DNA of 64,000 nt from NCBI GenBank assembly GCA_038228545.1, contig JBBRPE010000001.1, forward strand, positions 110,924 through 174,923. Reading direction: 5' to 3'. Made by a program: the position numbers and the translations under genes. The notes beneath the pieces are model-generated. The model searched no databases. It had not been told where the DNA came from and saw only the letters and a program-made list of their open reading frames with translations. The DNA is from Minisyncoccia bacterium. GTDB taxonomy: Bacteria > Patescibacteriota > Minisyncoccia > Phycocordibacterales > Phycocordibacteraceae. This document shows positions 9,332 through 16,822 of this stretch, piece by piece. The first letter of the stretch is position 1. Each line of letters starts with the position of its first letter.

Positions 9332-9554
9332 ATGAAAGAGCTGTATGAGTAGGATACCCTACTTTGGAAAAGTGCATTGCACTCATGCAATGCATCATGT
9401 GTATATCGAAAGGAAACAAAACGGAGAAAATCGAAACGGAACGAGTACTCCGCGAAAGCACGCTGTTCCGAAGACAGAGTAGTTTTGCGCAGAGTCGAGA
9501 AGAACTATCCCGACTACTGAAGCGCTTTAGGGATAGTTCGATATGAGACGACAA

Positions 9555-9582
9555 CGCAAAACCCGACATCTGAGTGTCGGGC
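9555..9582 (-). terminator. Rho-independent terminator after rpmF
   Basis: Minus strand: hairpin CCCGACACUCAGAUGUCGGG followed by UUUUG. Confidence 0.55.
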
Positions 9583-9612
9583 TGTGTGCTTTCTCGGAGT
9601 GCGAGTGGAGCG

Positions 9613-9975
9613 TTATACGCCCCCGCCGAAACCGGAACGTGACTTTGCCTTTCCGAGAGTCATGCGTCCGATAAGTCCCTGCTTCTTTTCACGTTCCTCT
9701 GTTGCCGTGTGCTTCTCGGGAGTCATGTTGGTGTTCGCTGCTTCTACCTTGTCGTGCTCCTTCTTTGCCTTGTCTTTCTTCTTCTGTTCAACTGCTTTCA
9801 CTTCCTTCTTGGAAACGATTTGAACGCCACGGTACATGCCCGTAGTCTCATCGATGCGGTGCGGAAGACGGAGTGCTCCGGACTCTTTGTCGACAACGAC
9901 GTTAGTCCCCGCAAGCGCATGGTGGCTGCGGCGGTTCTTGGTGTGCGAACTGGTGTGGCGCATTCGTACTGACAT
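9613..9975 (-). CDS. rpmF: 50S ribosomal protein L32 with long K/E-rich C-terminal extension
   Basis: From ATG 9975: MSVRMRHTSSHTKNRRSHHALAGTNVVVDKESGALRLPHRIDETTGMYRG matches L32 pattern (RRSHxAL...DK.SG...HR...GxYRG); ORF track N-terminal extension disregarded. Confidence 0.8.
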   Translation of the reverse strand: MSVRMRHTSSHTKNRRSHHALAGTNVVVDKESGALRLPHRIDETTGMYRGVQIVSKKEVKAVEQKKKDKAKKEHDKVEAANTNMTPEKHTATEEREKKQGLIGRMTLGKAKSRSGFGGGV

Positions 9976-9989
9976 AGTGGGAATACCGT

Positions 9990-10335
9990 ACCATATGGCC
10001 TTATATATGGCTAGAGCACCCCTTTTCCTTGTTATACGGCCCAGATAGTGCAAGGATTACTAGGTCGCCTTTGTGTGCTGAGCGGGACCTCAGCCGGGCG
10101 ATAATCCGAACGGTCTCTACGACCTTGTACCAATCCGGAATTTTTGGGAAATACCGGATGCACATCCAACAGAATTCCATGAACGTTTCTGCTGCTCGCC
10201 GCAAGGGGAGCAAACGAAAACGGGCCTGGCCGTACCGTCGAGATGGGTAGCTTAGCTCTATGAGCTGCCTCACAACCCGCGCCACCCAGGCGCACACACA
10301 GTCCTAATCTCGGAACATCTGTTCTTGACCCTGGA
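9990..10335 (+). ncRNA. Candidate non-coding RNA of unidentified family, ending in a strong terminator
   Basis: ~390 nt without convincing ORF between divergent rpmF start and rnhB stop; plus-strand intrinsic terminator at 10336-10370; internal hairpins such as ATCCGG..CCGGAT. Confidence 0.3.
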
Positions 10336-10370
10336 CGGGGCCGCCGCGCAATCGGCGGCCTTTCCCTTTT
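10336..10370 (+). terminator. Plus-strand rho-independent terminator
   Basis: GGCCGCCG-CGCAAT-CGGCGGCC followed by TTTCCCTTTTCGTTATT; no U-run in minus orientation. Confidence 0.5.
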
Positions 10371-10372
10371 CG

Positions 10373-10963
10373 TTATTCCTTTTCGTCCAGATGCAGAAAG
10401 GTCATACGATGTAGTTCACACGGGCCATGCTCACGGAGCGCTTCATAGTGCTTCTTGGTTCCGTATCCTTTATGTATATCGAATCCGTACAACGGATAGT
10501 CGAGTGCGAGTTTTTTCATAAGCCGGTCGCGCGTTACCTTGGCCGCGATAGATGCAAGCATAATGGCCGGAACGAGACCGTCGCCACCAATGATTGTTTC
10601 TTGTTCGTATTCCGGTGGAGCCTTGAGGGAACCGTCGAGATACACCTTTCCCTCTTCGGGATTCGGATGGAGTTTGCGTACACCGCGCCAAAGTGCACTT
10701 TTCACGGCAGGCGCAATGCCGCCCGCATCAATATCTTTCGCAGACACCAGTTGCACTACCGCCTGCACGGTTCCCTTTTTTATTTCTTCTTGAAGAAGCG
10801 CGAAGAGTACTTCGCGCTTCTTTTCTGAAAGCTTTTTCGAATCATTAAGGCCCGGAAACGCAGACTCAAAATCAAACTCTTTTGTGACGCGAATGACACC
10901 AACGGCAACCGGGCCAGCGAGCGGTCCACGACCAGCCTCATCAATTCCAATCAGGTACGACAT
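10373..10963 (-). CDS. rnhB: Ribonuclease HII
   Basis: MSYLIGIDEAGRGPLAGPVAVG...; start at ATG 10963 (ORF track extension to 11119 would overlap dnaE start region). Confidence 0.9.
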   Translation of the reverse strand: MSYLIGIDEAGRGPLAGPVAVGVIRVTKEFDFESAFPGLNDSKKLSEKKREVLFALLQEEIKKGTVQAVVQLVSAKDIDAGGIAPAVKSALWRGVRKLHPNPEEGKVYLDGSLKAPPEYEQETIIGGDGLVPAIMLASIAAKVTRDRLMKKLALDYPLYGFDIHKGYGTKKHYEALREHGPCELHRMTFLHLDEKE

Positions 10964-11015
10964 GGGCAAATCATAGCAGTTAGGGCTCTGGTACCAATTT
11001 GGTATCCTGTACGTA

Positions 11016-14000
11016 ATGACGAAGAGCGTACCAAATAGTCCCGAGATACTAGGCACGGGTGAGCTTGCGAGCGAGGCGTATAGCAATACGGTGAGCGAGA
11101 AAGCTGGGGCCCGCAACAACGTAGATGGGGTCGATTTGAAACGTTCTAAATTCGTACACCTCCATACGCATTCCCACTACTCCTTCCTTCAGGCACTACC
11201 GAAAGTGCCCGCTCTCGTGAAGGCGGCAGTAGCGGCTGATATGCCGGCACTTGCGCTTACGGACGTGGCGAATCTCCACGGTGCCGTGGAGTTCTACCAG
11301 GCGTGCGAGAAAGCGAAGTTAAAAGCGATTATCGGCGTGGATACCTATATTGCGCAACGTTCGCGTTTTGATAAGAATCCGGGAGACGAGGGAAAGCGTT
11401 CACATCTCGTTCTTCTTGCGGAAACGAATGAGGGCTATCGAAACCTTATGGTGCTCGTCACGAAAGCTTTCACCGAAGGCATGTTCGACAAGCCACGTAT
11501 CGATAAAGAGCTCTTACGCGAACACAAAGGCGGACTTATCGCTCTGATGCCGTCTTTCGCAGGAGAAGTCGCGCAGTATCTCAAAGCCGGAGACGTGAAG
11601 GGAGCCGGAGCCGCACTGGCTGAATACGTCAGCATCTTTGGAACAGAAAATGTGTTCCTTGAAATTACCCACCACCCGAAAGTCGATGGGCACGAAAAGC
11701 GCATGGAACAGATTAAAGAGCTTTCGTTACAGTCCGGTATTCCACTTGTCGCTCAACATGACGTGTACTACCTGAAGCCCTCCGACCGCGAAGCAACTGA
11801 GGTCATGCGTCGTATTGCGCACGGCTCAGAAGGTCGTAACGAGGAAGAGGATTTCTCATTTGTAAGTGAGGAACAGATGCGAAAGTGGTTCAAGGACATA
11901 CCCGACGCGGTTGACCGTTCCGGAGAAATTGCTGAGCGCTGTACCGTCACTATGGAGCTCGGGAGCTGGAACTTCCCCGCTGTTGAAACGGAGCCCGGCA
12001 AAACGCATGAGCAGATGCTCCGTGAACGCACGTATGGAGGACTCAGCATGCGCGGTATGGAAAAGACGGACGTTGTTGAAAAACGCATCGAATACGAGCT
12101 CGATGTCATCATCGGTAAGGGCTTCGCTCCCTACTTCCTCGCCGTGTCTGACCTACTCACCTTTGCGAAGAGCGAGGGTATTTTGACGACAACTCGCGGC
12201 TCAGCGGCTGGTTCGTTGGTGTCGTATCTCACGGGTATCACAAACGTTGACCCGCTTTTCTACAAGCTTCCATTCGAACGCTTCCTCAACCCCGAGCGCC
12301 CCAAAGCGCCTGATATCGACATGGACTTCGCTGACAACAGACGCGACGAGATGATTGCGTATGCAAAGCGTAAATATGGCGAGGATAAGGTTGCGCAGAT
12401 AGGCACCTTCGGCACCATGATGGCGCGTGCCGCCGTGCGCGACGTCGCGCGAGCTCTCGGGCATGCGTATAGGACCGGCGACCAAATTGCGAAACTCATA
12501 CCACTCGGTAGTCAGGGTTTCCCGATGACCATTGAACGCGCGCTTGAACTTGAGCCAGAGTTAAAACTTCTCTATGACCAGGATGACGACGCACGCCAAG
12601 TCATCGACCTTGCTCGTCAAATGGAAGGCTGTGTTCGCCATACCGGTGTGCACGCCGCGGGTGTCGTAATTGCACCGACGCCACTCACTGACTGGACACC
12701 GCTTCAGGTGGACCCGAAGACCGGCAAACTTATTACGCAGTACGACATGCATGCGGTGGAAGATGCGGGTCTTCTTAAGTTCGATTTCCTCGGCATTAAG
12801 AACCTCGCCATTCTCTCGGACGCCATTGCGCGCGTACAAAAAGACCGCGGCATCTTTATTGATATTGAAAACATTCCGATAGACGACGCAAAAACGTTTG
12901 CCATGCTCGCGCGCGGTGAGACGGAAGGTACATTCCAACTCAATGGCTCCGGCATGACGCGCTATCTGAAAGAACTACAGCCGACTTCGATTCATGATAT
13001 CAACGCGATGGTGGCGCTCTATCGCCCTGGTCCGATGGAAACGATTCCGCAATATATTGAGCGCAAGAAAAATCCGAAGCTTATCCGCTTCCTGGACCCA
13101 CGCATGGAAGACTACCTCGATGCATCCTACGGGCTCTTGGTGTATCAGGACGATGTGCTCCTGACTGCCATCAAACTTGGAGGCTACTCGTGGCTTGAAG
13201 CCGACACACTCCGTAAGGCTATGGGTAAGAAGATTCCGGCGGAGATGGAAGCGCAGAGAGAAAAACTTCTAAAAGGGTTCCAGGAGTTCGGAAAGATTTC
13301 AAAGGAGAAGGGCGATGCACTCTGGAAGCTCATTGAGCCGTTCGCTGCGTACGGATTTAATAAGGCCCACGCTGCCTGCTACGGCAAGGTTGCCTACCAA
13401 ACCGCCTACATGAAGGCTAATTACCCAGTCGAGTATATGGCGGCGGTGCTTACTGCGGATGCCGGTGACACGGAAAGCATCGCGACATTTGTTGCCGAGT
13501 GCGAACGTATGAAGATTCCCGTGCTTCCGCCAGACGTAAACGAAAGCGGTAGCGATTTCACGGTGGCAGGAGAAAAAGGCGACACGATTCGTTTCGGACT
13601 CACGACGATTAAGAACTTCGGCGAGGGAATCTCCGAAGCACTCCAGACCGAACGGACAAAGAACGGTCCCTTCACCGACCTGTCTGATTTCCTTTCGCGT
13701 ATTTCGTCCCGTAACCTCAATCGCAAATCACTCGAGTGTCTTATAAAATCAGGGGCGCTCGACCGATTTGCGGACCCGACGGGCGGACGCTCGCACCTTA
13801 TGAGTCACATCGAAACACTACTCACCTTCCACAAGGACGCCACAGTAGAAGCCCCACAAGATTCGCTGTTCGGTGCAGGGCTCTTTGCAGCTCCGAAGCT
13901 CACACTTCCTGCGGCAGATGTTTCGACAACACTATCCGACAAACTCGCGTGGGAAAAGGAGTTGCTTGGTATTTACGTATCCGGCCATCCACTCGATAGC

Positions 14001-14309
14001 CATACTGAAACGATAAGTAAAGCATCAACCACCATCGGTGCTATACGCACCGAGCCGCAAATAGGCCTTCCCGTTATTATCCCCGTACTTGTCCAGGAAG
14101 TACGTACAGTACTGACCAAAACCGGCGAAAAAATGGCATTTGTTAAGTTCGAAGACAAGTCTTCCTCCATCGAAGGTGTTATCTTCCCAAAGATTTATAA
14201 AGAACGCGGTGCGCTCGTGCAGGTAGGACAATGCCTTCTCCTTAAAGCGACCGTTAGTAATCGCAATGGCGAATTGTCGTTGGCAATCGAAAATCTCAAG
14301 GCACTCTAG
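11016..14309 (+). CDS. dnaE: DNA polymerase III alpha subunit
   Basis: 1097 aa; PHP domain FVHLHTHSHYSFLQA, polymerase core and C-terminal OB region; true start could be in-frame TTG at 11136 (MKRSKFVHLH). Confidence 0.9.
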   Translation: MTKSVPNSPEILGTGELASEAYSNTVSEKAGARNNVDGVDLKRSKFVHLHTHSHYSFLQALPKVPALVKAAVAADMPALALTDVANLHGAVEFYQACEKAKLKAIIGVDTYIAQRSRFDKNPGDEGKRSHLVLLAETNEGYRNLMVLVTKAFTEGMFDKPRIDKELLREHKGGLIALMPSFAGEVAQYLKAGDVKGAGAALAEYVSIFGTENVFLEITHHPKVDGHEKRMEQIKELSLQSGIPLVAQHDVYYLKPSDREATEVMRRIAHGSEGRNEEEDFSFVSEEQMRKWFKDIPDAVDRSGEIAERCTVTMELGSWNFPAVETEPGKTHEQMLRERTYGGLSMRGMEKTDVVEKRIEYELDVIIGKGFAPYFLAVSDLLTFAKSEGILTTTRGSAAGSLVSYLTGITNVDPLFYKLPFERFLNPERPKAPDIDMDFADNRRDEMIAYAKRKYGEDKVAQIGTFGTMMARAAVRDVARALGHAYRTGDQIAKLIPLGSQGFPMTIERALELEPELKLLYDQDDDARQVIDLARQMEGCVRHTGVHAAGVVIAPTPLTDWTPLQVDPKTGKLITQYDMHAVEDAGLLKFDFLGIKNLAILSDAIARVQKDRGIFIDIENIPIDDAKTFAMLARGETEGTFQLNGSGMTRYLKELQPTSIHDINAMVALYRPGPMETIPQYIERKKNPKLIRFLDPRMEDYLDASYGLLVYQDDVLLTAIKLGGYSWLEADTLRKAMGKKIPAEMEAQREKLLKGFQEFGKISKEKGDALWKLIEPFAAYGFNKAHAACYGKVAYQTAYMKANYPVEYMAAVLTADAGDTESIATFVAECERMKIPVLPPDVNESGSDFTVAGEKGDTIRFGLTTIKNFGEGISEALQTERTKNGPFTDLSDFLSRISSRNLNRKSLECLIKSGALDRFADPTGGRSHLMSHIETLLTFHKDATVEAPQDSLFGAGLFAAPKLTLPAADVSTTLSDKLAWEKELLGIYVSGHPLDSHTETISKASTTIGAIRTEPQIGLPVIIPVLVQEVRTVLTKTGEKMAFVKFEDKSSSIEGVIFPKIYKERGALVQVGQCLLLKATVSNRNGELSLAIENLKAL

Positions 14310-14369
14310 TTTTCTGCGACCCTTGTGTTATAACGCCTTCAGGCCGAGCACAGAACAAAGGAGGTTACC

Positions 14370-14627
14370 GTGGCAGCCAGCTTCAGCATGCGCGCTACGC
14401 TCCACTATCGATGGATAGAGGGCCTGCTCGAGATAGAGTACGTGATACCCGTCCGCAAATGGATTAACTTCAACGTGGTCAGCAAAGGGGGTCGCCTCAT
14501 TCTCCTTCCACCAGGAGTCGATATCGACGGCCCACTCGCGCACTTCCTCGCAACGAGCGAGCCCGTCTGGGACAACCCGCTCAAGCATGTCGACCGCATC
14601 ACCAGAGTTCGAAATAGGCCCCGCTAG
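14370..14627 (+). CDS. Hypothetical small protein (85 aa) with GTG start
   Basis: Strong SD AAGGAGG 7 nt upstream of GTG; overlapped on the opposite strand by an 86-aa ORF (14328..14588). Confidence 0.4.
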   Translation: MAASFSMRATLHYRWIEGLLEIEYVIPVRKWINFNVVSKGGRLILLPPGVDIDGPLAHFLATSEPVWDNPLKHVDRITRVRNRPR

Positions 14628-14643
14628 GTCTTCATAGTACGGC

Positions 14644-14680
14644 GGCTCTCCGGAGCCGCCGTTATCCTTTTATGCTATTC
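14644..14680 (+). terminator. Possible terminator/attenuator hairpin before thrS
   Basis: GGCGGCTC-TCCG-GAGCCGCC followed by GTTATCCTTTTATG. Confidence 0.35.
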
Positions 14681-16435
14681 TCAGAGAGATATATGGCCTC
14701 CCTCGAGGAAAAACGACACACCCTGGCACATCTGCTCGCAGCGGCTGTAGCTGAACGCTACCCACACGCAAAGGCCACTATTGGCCCCGCTATAGATAAC
14801 GGCTTTTACTACGATTTCGACTTCTCAGGAGGACCTCCTCCGAAGGAAGGCGACCTTCCGCTTATAGAAGAAGCTATGCGCGAACTCCTTCCATCGTGGG
14901 CAGACATGAACGGCACGGAAGTATCCGAGAAGGATGCTCGCGACCGCTTTGCCGGAAATCCATTCAAGCTCGAGATTATTGACGGCATCGTAACCGCCAA
15001 CGAACCAATCACCATTTACACAGCCGAAAACTTCACTGACCTCTGTCGCGGTGGCCACAGCGACACCCCGGCGCGTGATATTAAGTCCGACTCATTCGCA
15101 ATCGATCGCATTGCCGGAGCCTATTGGCGTGGCGACGAGAAGAATCCACAGCTTACCCGCATCTACGGACTCGCGTTTGAAACCAAGGAAGAGCTCGATA
15201 CATACCGCGAGCAGATGGAAGAGGCAAAGAAGCGTGACCACAAGAAGCTCGGGAAAGAACTCGACCTCTTCGTGTTTTCTGATTTGGTCGGTCCTGGTCT
15301 TCCGCTCTTTACCCCAAAGGGCACCATGGTGCGCAACTTGCTCGACGAATTCGTGTGGGAGCTCCGTCAGGCTGCCGGATATGAAAAGGTAGAAATTCCT
15401 CACATTACAAAGAAAGCCCTCTACGAGACATCCGGTCACTGGGAGAAATTCAAGGATGAGCTATTCAGAATTACGACCCGCGAGGGACACGAATTCGCAA
15501 TGAAGCCGATGAACTGCCCGCATCACACCCAGATATACGACCGCAAACAATGGAGCTACCGCGAGCTACCGCAACGCTACTGCAATACGACCGCCTGCTA
15601 CCGCGATGAGCAGACTGGTGAGCTATCCGGTCTTTCGCGTGTCCGTGCGTTCTGGCAGGATGATGCGCATGTCTTCTGTCGCACTGACCAGGTAAAGGAA
15701 GAATTCCTTAAGGTGTGGGACATTATTCATTCGTTCTACGGTACATTCGGTTTCGAGCTCAAGGTTCGTCTTTCTACCCACGACCCGGAACATCCGGAGA
15801 ACTACCTCGGAGGACCTGAAGTATGGGCAAAGACCGAAGGCGTACTACGAGACATCATTGCGGAAAAGAATGTGGACGCTATGGATGGTGTTGGCGAGGC
15901 TGCTTTCTACGGTCCAAAACTCGACTTCATTGCGAACGATTCTATCGGCCGAGAATGGCAGGTGGCTACTATCCAGCTCGACATGAGCCAGCCAGAGAGC
16001 TTCAATCTAACGTGCATTAACGAGGAGGGTCAGAAGGAGCGCATCGTTATGATTCACGCGGCTATCATGGGCTCCATAGAGCGTTTTCTTTCCATATACA
16101 TTGAGCACTGCGCAGGCGCCTTCCCTACCTGGCTTTCGCCAGTACAGGCACGTGTCCTTCCCGTATCCGATAAGCATGCTGAGTACGCCACACAGGTAGC
16201 GAATGAGCTCAAGGCAGCGGGTATACGTGCGGACGTGGATGGTGCAAACGAATCACTCGGCAAGAAAATCCGCGCGGCTAAGGGAGAAAAGATTCCCTAC
16301 CTACTCGTCGTCGGCGATAAGGAAATAGAGGAGAAGTCGGCAAGTGTCGAAGCGCGTGGCGATGAGAAACTGGGAGCTCTCAGTATTCCTGATTTCATTA
16401 CGCGTGTAGTGAGCGAAATTCAGTCACGCTCCTAA
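14672..16435 (+). CDS. thrS: Threonyl-tRNA synthetase (short form lacking N-terminal TGS domain)
   Basis: HTLAHLLAAAV...NGFYYDFDF editing-domain start, class II aaRS motifs, C-terminal anticodon-binding domain; likely start at second ATG (MASLEEK, ~14693). Confidence 0.9.
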   Translation: MLFSERYMASLEEKRHTLAHLLAAAVAERYPHAKATIGPAIDNGFYYDFDFSGGPPPKEGDLPLIEEAMRELLPSWADMNGTEVSEKDARDRFAGNPFKLEIIDGIVTANEPITIYTAENFTDLCRGGHSDTPARDIKSDSFAIDRIAGAYWRGDEKNPQLTRIYGLAFETKEELDTYREQMEEAKKRDHKKLGKELDLFVFSDLVGPGLPLFTPKGTMVRNLLDEFVWELRQAAGYEKVEIPHITKKALYETSGHWEKFKDELFRITTREGHEFAMKPMNCPHHTQIYDRKQWSYRELPQRYCNTTACYRDEQTGELSGLSRVRAFWQDDAHVFCRTDQVKEEFLKVWDIIHSFYGTFGFELKVRLSTHDPEHPENYLGGPEVWAKTEGVLRDIIAEKNVDAMDGVGEAAFYGPKLDFIANDSIGREWQVATIQLDMSQPESFNLTCINEEGQKERIVMIHAAIMGSIERFLSIYIEHCAGAFPTWLSPVQARVLPVSDKHAEYATQVANELKAAGIRADVDGANESLGKKIRAAKGEKIPYLLVVGDKEIEEKSASVEARGDEKLGALSIPDFITRVVSEIQSRS

Positions 16436-16448
16436 GGAATCAATAATG

Positions 16449-16487
16449 AGAAAAGGGCCTGGCGCTAACGCGCAAGGCCCTTTTGCC
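16449..16487. terminator. Bidirectional terminator between thrS and convergent small gene
   Basis: AAAAGGGCCTGGCGC-TAA-CGCGCAAGGCCCTTTTG hairpin flanked by A and T runs. Confidence 0.5.
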
Positions 16488-16505
16488 ACGTCCGCACTCT
16501 CTCCG

Positions 16506-16721
16506 CTACCTGATGAGCGGAAGTGGCACCCCGAACACGGTGTGTGCCAGGATGAAGACGATGGAGACGAGGGCGGTACCCGCTCCAAGGACGGTCATCC
16601 ATCCACCTGAAAGGAACCACGAGGACTCCTTCTTGGACGGGGGTTTTTGCTTTGTAAGCGGCGAACGGCGTCCGGAACGGTGATTGAACTTTCCGGAACC
16701 ACCACCGTGGTCATAGGCCAT
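16506..16721 (-). CDS. Hypothetical small membrane protein (71 aa, C-terminal TM helix)
   Basis: AGGAG SD 8 nt upstream of ATG; hydrophobic C-terminus WMTVLGAGTALVSIVFILAHTVFGVPLPL; flanked by two terminators. Confidence 0.45.
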   Translation of the reverse strand: MAYDHGGGSGKFNHRSGRRSPLTKQKPPSKKESSWFLSGGWMTVLGAGTALVSIVFILAHTVFGVPLPLIR

Positions 16722-16769
16722 GGGTTGTGCTCCTATTGCTGCCCCGCGAGAGTATGCGCCTCATGGAGG

Positions 16770-16812
16770 TAAATGCAAAAGCCGCAGACCAGAGGTCTGC
16801 GGCTTTTGCATT
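16770..16812 (-). terminator. Strong terminator hairpin after the giant surface protein gene
   Basis: 20-bp perfect stem aaatgcaaaagccgcagacc-aga-ggtctgcggcttttgcattt. Confidence 0.6.
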
Positions 16813-16822
16813 TAGTAAGAGA

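Noticed and set aside
10001-10297. 98-aa and 87-aa minus-strand ORFs and a 73-aa plus ORF between rpmF and rnhB
   Set aside because: Cys/Trp/Arg-rich improbable peptides, no RBS; region better explained as ncRNA or leader with a terminator.
10964-11119. N-terminal extension of the rnhB ORF to 11119
   Set aside because: Would overlap the dnaE start; conserved RNase HII N-terminus begins at MSYLIGIDEAG (ATG 10963). The same logic removed ORF-track extensions for rnc, gyrB, smc, the pilin and the secreted Cys-rich protein.
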